This document shows, piece after piece, positions 46,871 through 62,229 of a DNA stretch of 64,000 bases. The stretch comes from Callorhinchus milii (Eukaryota). Position 1 is the first letter of the stretch. The number at the start of each line of letters is the position of its first letter. The translations under genes and the position numbers were made by a program. The notes beneath the pieces are model-generated. The model saw nothing but the letters and a program-made list of their open reading frames with translations, ran no database searches and was not told the DNA's origin. The stretch is from positions 7,068,001 to 7,132,000 of the forward strand of contig NW_024704767.1 of NCBI RefSeq assembly GCF_018977255.1, read 5' to 3'.

Positions 46871-47854
46871 CTAATGTATGCAATATTCATGTAAATAAGG
46901 CCATAATGAGTCCACTCTACATAAGAACAAAAGAAACCCGAGACGAAAAAAGACCAAGGTCCATCTAGTTCGCCTTCCATCTTCCTGGTGGTCACATGCC
47001 CCAAACTACCTATGTACTGTTTCCATAATGCTATTTCCTTGAAGAAAACTATCTGAAATTGCTCTGCATTTATAATGAGAAATATAAATCGATTCATATA
47101 TGAAATTTTTACTTTTGACTATACCATACAATTTACATTTACATTTATATAGCACCTTACTTCTGGCTGGGTATTTTAATCAAGATATTGTTGCAATTCT
47201 AAAACTACATAAATATGAGTCTCAGACTAAATGCAAGCTTTGGAAAATAGAGGATTTCAATATAAGTGGGATTACTTGTTTATTGAAAGTAATGGAAAAC
47301 CCTTTTGTTAGTTTTATAATTATGGATTAATCTGTTTTAGTTTTGTGGAACATTTTCTGTAGGGTCTCCATATGCTGAGTTGATATCTTATGTTTATGTT
47401 TCTTATGGTATCTTATCTTATGAATTGAATACATAAAAATGAACTGGATTCATATATTATGCCCATTTGAGATTATTGTTATTTTGTTCATTGTTAAGGC
47501 TACTAAATGATATGCATTTTAATTCACTTAAATATTTTTTCACTGTCATTGTTTACGCTGGATTTAATAATAATATTTGCAGAAAGGTACTTTATTGATA
47601 AGTAGCGTATTATTGTTTTAAAATTTGTATGAATTTTTACATTCCAATTCTAACAAAGGGTTTCCTTTTTAAAATTTGCAATGTAACAAAAGTATAGTGC
47701 AATAAAGTAATATAGTGACCACATAAGTTAAAAATATTTCTGTACGATTCTTATGGTGTATGTTTCTGGAAGGGGAAACACATAAAATATTGTTTATGAG
47801 GTCCGTATCCCGAATCTGACATCGGGCCCTCAGTAGATCGGAGAGTTAGTTATA

Positions 47855-48000
47855 GTTAGGGAGGCGCCAGGGTATGAAGGGATTTGAAAAGGAGTGCGAG
47901 GATCGTGAAATTGATCTGTTCGGCGATAGAGCGCCCGGTTAAAACTGGTGTGATAGGGGAGGTACGGAGGTTAATCCGGTGAGTATGCGAGCGGCAATAA
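47855..48000 (-). mobile_element. LINE2 RT C-terminal fragment
   Basis: SPITPVL...QINFTILALLFKSLHTLAPP peptide. Confidence 0.65.
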
Positions 48001-48439
48001 AAAAAATAAATTCCTTTCCACGAACCAACTGGGTTTGGAGTCAATTGATATCTGCAATATTCTCTCACTCTTTTCCACCCACAGATGACAGAGACCCAAC
48101 TTTTTTTGGGGGGTGGGGGGGGGGGGGGGAAGAGTCAAATAGAGGAGAATTTCTCTTAGTAATTAAGAGAAAAGCACCAACTAACTCCCAATCAATCAAT
48201 CAATCAATAATAATAATAATCCTTGCATTTGATAGAGCGACTTATCACGTCTCCGAGACGCCCCGAAGCGCTTCACAGAATATACCGCAAAGGTGTAGTG
48301 ACTGTGCATTTGGTCAGAACTGATTTCAAACGTCGGGCGCAAATTTAGTTAAGTTCCTGATGGTTAGAGGAGAGGGAAAAGTTGCGTCAGAATTTAAAAA
48401 AAAAATTTTTTTTTTGCAGACGCACAGGTGTGTGTGTGG

Positions 48440-49170
48440 GGGGGTGGGAACGAACCTTGGCGGAGCTGTTGTTATCGACGGTCGCAACCAACGGCAACCA
48501 AACCAAACCCGAGCGTCGAGAGAAAGTGCTGGAAAAAAATACCCCGAGCAACGGTCAGAGCCCGAGCCGGCGGGGGGGAGGGGGGGGGCTGTGACGTAAC
48601 ACTGGGAGGCGGAGTCAGGGCGACAAGCTGGGTTGGGGTTGGTGGGTGAGGAGGGGGGCGGGGGGGGAAGGGGAGGGGGAGGGGCGGGGTGAAGAGTCCA
48701 GAACATTCTGCGGTGTCCATTACATAGGACGGTACAGCCCGGAGCGCGCGCGGCAGAGCACAGGCGCAGCTCCCACTCGCTTCACTGACGAGAGCGACTA
48801 AAGCAGAGGTGAGACTGAGTGAGTGAGTGACTGTGAGTGAGTGAGTGACTTTCATCGACATTACTTTTCCCGCGAACTTACTGTATCGTTCGTCTCGTTT
48901 ATGATTTCGTGCGAACGTTGAGGGAGGAGGTTTCGCCTTGAACTCAGCTGGTCTTACTTTTTTTATCAACTCGTGTCGCGAACTAGTACAGCGGGGATAA
49001 TAATAATAATAATAATTATTATTGCTATTAGTGTAACATAGTATGGCAGTACGTACAATGACAGCAGAAATCATGTCCTCGTCGGGTCGCCGCTTCTCTG
49101 CTCCGGCGACAGGTTGTTCCCGGGGTCCCGGAGCTTAATGCGTTTTAATGGTTTTGGCCAGGGTTCAGCC
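48440..49170 (+). promoter_or_regulatory. DNAJA4 CpG-island promoter with heat-shock element and probable non-coding first exon
   Basis: CpG-rich. CRE-like TGACGTAA at 48592-48599, GC box near 48680, HSE tGAAg-aGTCc-aGAAc-aTTCt at 48690-48709, candidate donor GAG|GTGAGA near 48809. Confidence 0.75.
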
Positions 49171-52100
49171 ATGGTGAAAGAGACCGGTTATTACGAGATG
49201 CTGGGGGTGAAGTCCAGTGCATCGTCGGAGGAAATTAAAAAGGCATATAGGAAACTGGCCCTGAAATATCACCCCGACAAGAATCCCAACGAAGGAGAAA
49301 AGGTAAGGGAGGGAGAGAGGGAGGGAGAGGGAGAGCTGTTGTAGGTCTTGTGTAGAACTTTCCAGAACGTCCAGCGCATGTCTCAGGCAGTGTGTGTGTG
49401 TGCTGTGGTCGGAATGACATACGACAAGCCAGTCAGGAGGGACCCACGACAGACCTGCGGGCGTTGCAGCTTTCTTTGATCCGTAATTTCGTGGATAAGA
49501 AGTCGACAACGTCAGTGAATGTGCCATGTGTTTTAAGGAATTTAAGGTCCAGAAAGTGTTGTGGTTGCCATTGCCATAGCAACGTTGTTCGACGTGAATA
49601 GATGTAAATAATATTCGTTTCGATTGAATTTGTTTCCTTCCCCCCCCCCACCACCACCACCCACCTCCGAAAGAATGGCTACTGAAAGAGCTGGGTACAG
49701 AATCTTCATGAGTGGCTTTAATTGCCTGTACTGTATTTTCCTCAGTGGAACGAAATAAGTCGGTGCATTTCTAGCATTTTAACCTCCCTATCGTTATAAA
49801 GCTTTTACTCGAATAAAAATAAAATTTGCGTGAAAAAGACAGGCTTACATTACAGGATTTTCTTCATTCTTCCAGTGTCAGCATCCTCCACAGGTCATCC
49901 TGCCATCCCTCAGGGTAAAATTTAAATTCCTTCTGTTTTGTGGGGTTACATGACAACATGAATAGTTGAGGACAGATTGTGAGTCATCTTTGTACACAGT
50001 GCCAAAGTGCGAGGAATAACTCGGTTGACCCCCCTGATGTGCTGACCACATCTTAAAGGGGTGTCATCTTCAGGATTTGTTTCCTCAGCAGGGTGCACCT
50101 ACTGATTCCAGCAGTGTTGAGGTTGCTGCCATAAAAAGAACAAAGAAATCCCAACAAGGTAGGGTTACTCACTTTGTGAAAAATCCAGGCTTCCTCTATT
50201 CTAATAGGGCTCTTTCTAATATTAATAGTATTCATTTCAAGTGATTCTGAGATAATATGGCTGGTTAGAAAGAATTGTATAATACTGTGTTCCAAAGACT
50301 TTTGTTTGCAAATTCTAGATTCCAGAGAGAACTTCTAGGGCCTCCTAACTTTATAATAGAATTTGTCTATTTCTATTTACTTGTTTTTTCCTATCTTAAT
50401 AGTTCAAACTCATATCGCAAGCCTATGAAGTTTTGTCAGATTCAAAGAAGCGAGATCTTTATGATCAAGGTGGTGAACAAGCCATCAAGGAAGGAGGAAT
50501 GGGCAGTGGTGGTGGTTTTTCCTCACCCATGGATATCTTCGACATGTTCTTTGGTGGTGGTGGCAGAATGCAGAGGGAGAAAAGAGGTATATTAAATAAT
50601 TGCCTTCATTAAGCAAAGATGCTTTGGGGTAGTAATTTTTGGAATAAGGAAATTAAAAGCTGGATAACTGATGTCTAATGCATTAAAGCTCTACACTACC
50701 TTGTATTTTTCTTGTGAGATTAAAACTATGAGTTCATTAATTGACTGGGCCGATAATCTATCTGGGCCGATACCTGTTGAAAGAGTGACTTTCTGATGTG
50801 AAGGTAGCTCCAAAATGATAACACTGCAGAGAAAAACATATCAAGAAAGCAGATTTTGTTTTAGTACATGATTTGAAAGGGTAAGAAAGTATTTTGCCCA
50901 TGATATCCTTCAATAATGAGTTGATAGAATCAATTACTAATGGGGTAACGTTCAGCCGAGATTTTAATATTTACTGTTCAGGGTCTGACTTCCAATACTC
51001 AAATAATTCTGATCAGTACTATTTACAAAATGAGTGATTTTATTTGTAATTTATTTTTCTAATTAAAGGTCTTTCTCAACAGTGTAATAATTTTTAAAAT
51101 TTTTAAGGATATTTAAGTAATAATTTTTTAAATTTTGTATTCCTGTGGATAAATAGGGAAGGATGTTGTCCACCAGTTGACTGTATCACTTGAAGATGTA
51201 TACAATGGAGCCACACGGAAATTGGCATTGAAGAAAAACATAATTTGTGACAAATGTGAAGGTAGCTATACAGATCTTATTTGAACACTTCAAGCAATCT
51301 AAAAATAAAATAACATTTTTTATTGGTCATGGGTGTTGTAACTATTTTGTAGGAAATTAGTTAAGATTAGACTGCTGTTATTCAATGTAATGATAGGGAA
51401 ATCAGTATATCCATTTTGCTAAATATCCATTAAGCAAAGGGTGTAACCCTGAAATAATATACCCAATAAAACACTGAAATATTTACGACTAAAAATAGAT
51501 AAGCTCTAACTATTCGTTGTTAAATATTTGACCTGCTGAATTATGTGTAATGCAAAGCAAAAAGGGACAATTTATTTTCCTTCAATGTTTTCCTTTTACT
51601 AACAGGCCGTGGGGGTAAGAAAGGAGCTGTGGAAAAATGTTCAAACTGCAAAGGCAGGGGAATTGAAATCCATGTCCAACAGATTGGACCTGGAATGGTG
51701 CAGCAGATACAGACAATGTGTTCACAATGCCATGGGCAGGGTGAACAAATTAACCCAAAAGATCGATGCAAGAACTGTAATGGACGCAAAATTGTGAAAG
51801 AGAGAAAGATACTGGAAGTTTACATAGATAAAGGTAAATGTTGGCTTTAAGCTACTTTCCCCCACTCCGAAATTCCTAAAATTCCTTTACCTCACACCCA
51901 CTCTCTGCTTTCAGAAGCCTTCTAAAAACCTACTTCTTTGGTCACTTTCCTCCTATCCTGCAAGGCTCCGACTCAGACTTTGTAGTGCTTTGAGATATTT
52001 CCGTACTAGAAAGTTGTTATATAAGTAGAAGTTTTTTGCTGTTGAGCCATATTGTGACGACCTAGGGTTAGTGATTAATTAGTTACTCTTTAAATAGATT

Positions 52101-53093
52101 CACCTGAATTATTTTTATTTCTAAAGGTGCTAAAGATGGGCAGAAGATAACGTTCCATGGGGAGGGTGATCAGGAGCCAGGATTGGAACCTGGTGATGTC
52201 ATAATTATTCTCGATCAAAAAGAGCACGATGTATTCCGAAGGCATGTGAATGATTTAATCATGAAAATGGAGATCCTGCTGGTGGAAGCTTTATGTGGTT
52301 TCAAGAGGACGCTAGAAACACTTGACAAAAGAATACTTCTGATTACTTCATGTCCAGGTTAATACTGAGGAATATTCTACTGGTGTCTGTACTGTTAAAA
52401 GTCCTAAAGCTATAGTTAAATCACTGGCATTTCCAAATCATCTGTTTTTTTTCCACAAAAGGCCCGGCAATATGAACAACTCTATTGGTGGTGTGCTATA
52501 AAGAGCCTTTTACTTTAATTAAAGTAATTAAACTTTAAAGCCATGGTTAAGTAATTCACACTGTAATCTAAGGTGACAAGTTTTTATAAATGTGTTTAGT
52601 TCCTGTGAAGAAACCCAGTTAGGATAAAATACTGGCTTTACTGAAAGGACCTGCATTGTAAAATGCACAATTATTTGGTATTATTTTATCTATTTTTCAG
52701 GTGAAGTTATAAAACCTGGTGGTTTTAAATGTGTCTTTAATGAAGGAATGCCAATTCACCGAAATCCATTTGAAAAAGGACAGTTAATAATTCAGTTCTC
52801 GGTAAGTTAAAGGTTAGTATAATTAGTGAAACAACTAACTTTGGGATTTGTACAGTGGTCTTATATTACTTCCTTTATAGGTGAAATTTCCATTGGATGG
52901 CTGGATTCCACCAAACGAACTGGCTGAATTGGAGGCCCATCTTCCACCACGTGAAGATGTAATGATAACTGATGACATGGAACAGGTCGAATTAACAGAA
53001 TTTATCTCAACAGAACAATCTAAACGTTATACTGGAGAGGCATATGAGGAAGATGAAAGCCCCAGAGGAGGAGTTCAGTGCCAGACATCCTAA
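49171..53093 (+). CDS. DNAJA4: DnaJ homolog subfamily A member 4 (Hsp40), 7 coding exons, ~397 aa
   Basis: Exons 49171-49302, 50403-50586, 51157-51261, 51606-51833, 52127-52357, 52701-52801, 52881-53093 (1194 nt). J domain with HPD, G/F region, four CxxCxGxG-type repeats, C-terminal CaaX CQTS. Assigned to A4 rather than A1 by its position between IDH3A and WDR61 and the unsplit 231-nt exon. Confidence 0.93.
49354..49373 (+). promoter_or_regulatory. Intronic heat-shock element of DNAJA4
   Basis: aGAAc-tTTCc-aGAAc-gTCCa: three perfect alternating nGAAn units plus one near-perfect unit, ~50 nt after the first coding exon. Confidence 0.7.
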
Positions 53094-54217
53094 ACAGTGG
53101 CTCAATGTCACAAAAAATGGACTGCAATGCATCAAAACTATTTTAATATTAAAGCATTGGTTTGGTTATTCAAGATAGGCCATTCTGCACTATATTTCTT
53201 GTATGCTTGAACAGCTTTAGTGTGGAAATATTTTTAACGGGTAGGGAAGAAAATGTAATAAAGATTTTGTTCATGAACTAATACTGTATTTCTGTACTTT
53301 GTTCTGGGTGATTGTAGAAGTATTGCTTACTGTTACTTCTGTACATACTGAAATATGAGAACCTCATCTCAGAACTGAAGAATGTAGGCCATATTACTTG
53401 ACTACATTAAACAGTCTTAGTGATTAGTTTGCTTATGAGATTGCAAAAAATCATAATTTTCTGTCCCTTGCCCTTAATAATGATCTGTTAATAAAACTGA
53501 TTTGTATAAGAATGACTGAACCGTAATAATTCACTTAGCTTTCACAACAAAATAATCCAGTCTTCGGTTTAGGATTATTTAATTTTCCTTAAATTGGCCA
53601 ATTCTATTGCATATTCTACAAAAGAGTAAATCATATCCTCAGACCTTCACACATATTCCTAATCACATTAGACTCACACAAATTAACTTCCTTGAAGCAG
53701 AATCTATGAATTTACTCTTCCCTTTTACCTACAATCTACAGCAACCAAAATCTCTTCCATTCTGAATCAGATAAAACTAAATCATGGCTACTGTGTATCA
53801 TTGAAGCTCAAAATTGACAGCATTATTTGAAGTTGCAATAAAACAAGCCAATATTTATAAAATCACATTTATCTGTTAAACAGCTCAGACAACTTCAAAA
53901 GTAGAACCAAAGGCAGGAACATTTCATGGAGGACATATGATCTTTTCAACAGTTTTCCAAAAAGGCATATACTATACTTCCTTATGAATCACACCAAAAG
54001 GAAATGAATATTTGAAAGCAATGGTCATCCATTTTAAATAAATTCTAATCGTTGCTTTGGTTTCCCTACATATTAGGTGCTATAACGGGCACATTCATTT
54101 AAAAAAATTAAGTATTTATACACCAGAAGGAGGCACCAACCAGTATTATAAATGGGAACTTCATACATCTTATGGACCCTGGCCGCAAGTTTATAATCTA
54201 AGCAATGGAAGGAAAAT

Positions 54218-58430
<4,213 letters not shown>

Positions 58431-58894
58431 TTTTCCAGTTTGATTAACTTTCCATCAAAGATAAACACAGATGAATCAATTATTGCCTGTAAAACATTTT
58501 TTTAAGCAAACATTTACCTTCTAGCAGAAAGGAAAGCAGTATGTGCTAAGCTAAATCTGACTGGGGAATCCATGTTACTAGGGAGCAGGCCAAATAGGAA
58601 GTCTAAGTATCCTCAACTCGGTGAATACTCCAATAATGTGAGTTACCACACTACAAATTTTTTGATAAATTTGATAAAGTTTACTTTGCAGGTTGCAACC
58701 CATTCAGCACTCCCAACAGATCGTTTTGATTCAAATAAGCCAAACTAGTTTGACTATTATTATGATTGGCTACACATCCAGATCGGATAAAACTGATCAT
58801 CTCCTAAATCGAAATGTTTAACGACAAATGAAGACCATCTTCATTCACAAAATAAAAGTTACTATTTACGAGCCATTTTACCAATGAACAGTTC

Positions 58895-59215
58895 GTGAAG
58901 TCCTGTAGCTCAGTGGTTAGAGCACTCGCTTTGCAAGTGAGAGACCTGAGTTCATTTCCAGGCAGAGGGCGAAACCTTGGGCAAGTTTCCTTACTCCACA
59001 CAGAGCCTAATAATAATCCCTCCAAAACCAAAAACAATAATAAATTGGTCATTTTCAATCTACGACTGTTTGTGGGATATTGCTGTGCTCCATTGGCTGC
59101 CGCGTTCGCCCACAAATATACAGTCAATTCACTTTACAGTGTGTTCTGTGAAGCGCTTTGGGACGTCCTCCCGACGTGAAAAGCGCTGTATCAAATGCAA
59201 GGATTATTATTATTT
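58895..59215 (+). mobile_element. Full-length tRNA-Ala-derived SINE, short subfamily
   Basis: Same head, body and tail as the 17552 copy. Confidence 0.9.
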
Positions 59216-59389
59216 ATTAGGTGAGGTACGACATGACTGATATCGCCCTGAGCTGGTTAGTTTGTGCAGAAAAGGCCCACAGAACTCAGCAAAATAAAAC
59301 AACAACAACTTGCATTGATATAGAGTCCTTGGCTCAAGGAGGAAATCCTTTGACATATAAATTCAAGTTGTTGTTGCCTCTGTTGTTGA

Positions 59390-59980
59390 CAGTCGCAGAG
59401 CACGACGCCGGCTCGGAGGGAGGTGGGGGAGGTGACCGCAGGTTCGGTCCAAGAGGGAGGCGTTCAGACAGGACCTGAAGAGGGCAAAGACTCGGTCGGG
59501 GGGGGGGGGGGGTTTGAGGGAGAGAGTTCCAGAGTTCCGAGGGGCAGCGGCTGGAAGCGCGGCCGCCGGATGGGTGGGAGGGAAGGGCCCGGGGGCCGCC
59601 AACAACAAAACGAACGCGCCCGAGAAAAAAGTAAGCGCTCGCTCACAGCGACAGAGACAGCAAGTCAGGCCCAGAAAAACGGAACCGTCGGCGGCAGAAG
59701 TCGATGGGGGGGGGATTCCGTGAGAGAGAAGCGGCGCGAGGGGGGGGGGGGGTTGAATCACCGACCTGCGGAAACCGGGCCGTTGGTCGCGTGTCCGCTC
59801 CCCCTGACAACGGCGAACCTCCGCGCGGCGATCAACAGGCCGCCATGACAGCTCGCCCGCTGCATGCTGGGACACCGCGCGTGCGCGGGGGGCGATGGCG
59901 AGAAGGTGCGCATGCGCGAGTACCGCCCCGCCCCCCCCCCGCCTCGCCCCGCCCACCAGCCCCAGACAGGCAGCAAAGCT
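59390..59980. promoter_or_regulatory. WDR61 CpG-island promoter with probable non-coding exon 1
   Basis: Dense CpG. NRF1 palindrome TGCGCATGCGCG at 59907-59918, GC boxes, candidate minus-strand donor GTGAGC at 59646-59641. The WDR61 ATG exon has its own acceptor near 58487, so a UTR exon must lie upstream. Confidence 0.75.
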
Positions 59981-60126
59981 ACAGTGTCACAGCTGAGCCT
60001 CTGAGGCTTCTTCGGTTCTTCTGAGGCTCAGCCACAGTCCACCTGAGCTCCAGCCTCTGCGTCCTCCACCTCAGCTCCAATCTCTTTTCTGTTACTGTAC
60101 CCAACAGTGAGCAGATCCTTGGCAAA

Positions 60127-60460
60127 GTGGAGTCCTGTGGCTCAGTGGTTAGAGCACTCGCTTTGCAAGCGAGAGACCTGGGTTCAATTCCAGGCAGAGG
60201 GCGAAACCTTGGGCAAGTGTCCTTGCTCCACACAGAGCCTAATAATAATAATAATAATAATCCCTCCAAAATCAAAAACAGTAATAAATTGGTCATATTC
60301 AATCCACGACTGTTTGTGGGACATTGCTGTGCGCAATTGGCTGCCGCGTTCGCCCACAAATATACAGTCAATTCACTTTACAGTGTGTTCTGTGAAGCGC
60401 TTTGGGACGTCCTCCCGACGTGAAAAGCGCTATATCAAATGCAAGGATTATTATTATTAT
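60127..60460 (+). mobile_element. Full-length tRNA-Ala-derived SINE, short subfamily
   Basis: Same head, body and tail, with an expanded internal (TAA)n. Confidence 0.9.
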
Positions 60461-60696
60461 CAAATCATGGAATCATTTCTTTGGCGGTCCAAGTTCAGAC
60501 CTGGCGCGCGGCCCGAGGTCGTTTGTTTCGAAACCAACTTTAGATAGATTTCTGCAAGAAAACCGTATCTCGGGATACAGTACGGAGTTTGGGACACGAC
60601 ATGATGTCAAGTGACTGCCAGGATGGGGGAAGGCGGACTAGATGGAACATGGTCTTCTTTTGCCAAGCGAATTCTTATGTTCTTAATACACTAATT

Positions 60697-61060
60697 GTGG
60701 AGTCCTGTACCTCAGTGGTTAGAGCACTCGCCTCGCAAGCCAGAGACCTGGGTTCGATTCCCGGCAGGGCGAAATGTTGGGCAGGTTTCCTTACTTCATA
60801 CGCCTCTGTTTATCTCACAGTAATAACTAGGAACCCAGTTGTTAGTCGATTGGCTGATTACTTTTCTGGGGGTAATAATTCCTTCAAAAAAAATTAATAA
60901 ATTGGTCACTTCAATCCACGACTGTTTGTGGGACACTGCAGTGCATAGTTGGTTGCCGTGTTTCACCTACAAAATATATAGTCAATTCACTTTACAGTAT
61001 ATTCTGTGAAGTGCTTTGAGACATGAGAAGACACTATCAAATACAAGGATTATTATTATA
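60697..61060 (+). mobile_element. Full-length tRNA-derived SINE, long subfamily
   Basis: Matches the 34760 copy, including the internal GGAACCC.GTTGTTAGTCGATTGGC segment and B box GGTTCGATTCC. Confidence 0.85.
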
Positions 61061-61271
61061 TTAATACAATTTACATTCATACAGCGTCCATCACATCTGG
61101 AAGACATCCCATGGTGCGGAGGCTGAGGGGATTAAGAATTTAATAATAATCCTTGCATTTGATAGAGCACCTTATAATGTCTTTGAGACATCTCAAACAC
61201 TTCACAGAATATACTGTAAAGTAAATTTGCCAAGTTATGCACACTCTGAAATGCACAGAAACTCGACTCGG

Positions 61272-62229
61272 GTGGAATTTCTACCCTCACGAGGAAAAGT
61301 GGGTGGAGGTTGGAGAGAGAGCTCGCACACAAACAGATTTTCATTGCATTTGTGGAACTCTCAGTAGCTCAACTTGAATGATCTTAAACATTTAAAAATA
61401 GTATTTTTTTACTTGCCTCAGATACCTGGCAGAACACAACAAGTGACAAATCCTCCTTGTAACCTTTGTTTTTCATTCTCAGAATTGCCAATCATTTGGA
61501 ATATTGTAGGCTGCTGCGTTTCGCCCACAAAATACACAGTCAATCCACTTTACAATATAGTCTGTGAAGCACTTTGAGACGTCTCAATTATGTGATAACG
61601 CACTGTATCAAATGCAAGGGTTATTATTAATAATGACTTTCACTCATTATTTTGGTACTGTCACCTATTTCAAGAAAAATACATGAGAAAAATAGCCCCC
61701 TGCAGCAGTTTACCTATAAATACACAATTGCTTCCCATGATAGCAACTACCCTATGAGGCGCTTTGAGTTGTTTTGATGTTACAGATGCTATATCAGATG
61801 CAAGGATTATCGTGTATAGTTTGTATATTTTTCTTTTCACTATCCTTTGACCACTGGATGGCACCAAAGAGTTGGAACAGGTTATCCTGGATCAGTGTTT
61901 CTCAAACGCAGTCACCGCTGTGCGTGATTTTGTGCGGCCACAACAAACCTCTTTAACATCAATAAGTTATTATTGACTGTGTATTTTGCGGGTGAAACGC
62001 AGCAGCAAATTGCATACAACAGCGTCCCACAAACAGTTATGGATTATTCCAAAGAGTGACAAGTCTGAGAATGAAATACAAAGGTTACAAGGAGCATTTG
62101 TATTTTGAAATGTTTAAGAGCATTCAAGCTGAGCAACTGAGAGTTTTACAAATGCAATGACAATCTCTGTTTGTGCGTGCTCTCTCTTCAACCTCCACCC
62201 CCTTCCCCCGGTGAGGGTAGAAATTCCAC
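61272..62229. repeat. Imperfect inverted repeat (arms ~61272-61544 and ~61972-62229)
   Basis: GTGGAATTTCTACCCTCAC pairs with GTGAGGGTAGAAATTCCAC; CTCCTTGTAACCTTTGT pairs with ACAAAGGTTACAAGGAG; the inner ends run into SINE body sequence. Confidence 0.85.

Noticed and set aside
59363-60024. Overlapping ORFs across the WDR61 CpG island (similar sets at 16474-17136, 29391-29872 and 48326-49074)
   Set aside because: GC-rich promoter DNA lacking stops; low-complexity peptides with no recognisable domain.
60107-60547. Recurring ORFs containing [32 protein letters not shown]
   Set aside because: Incidental translations of the SINE consensus, not a protein family.
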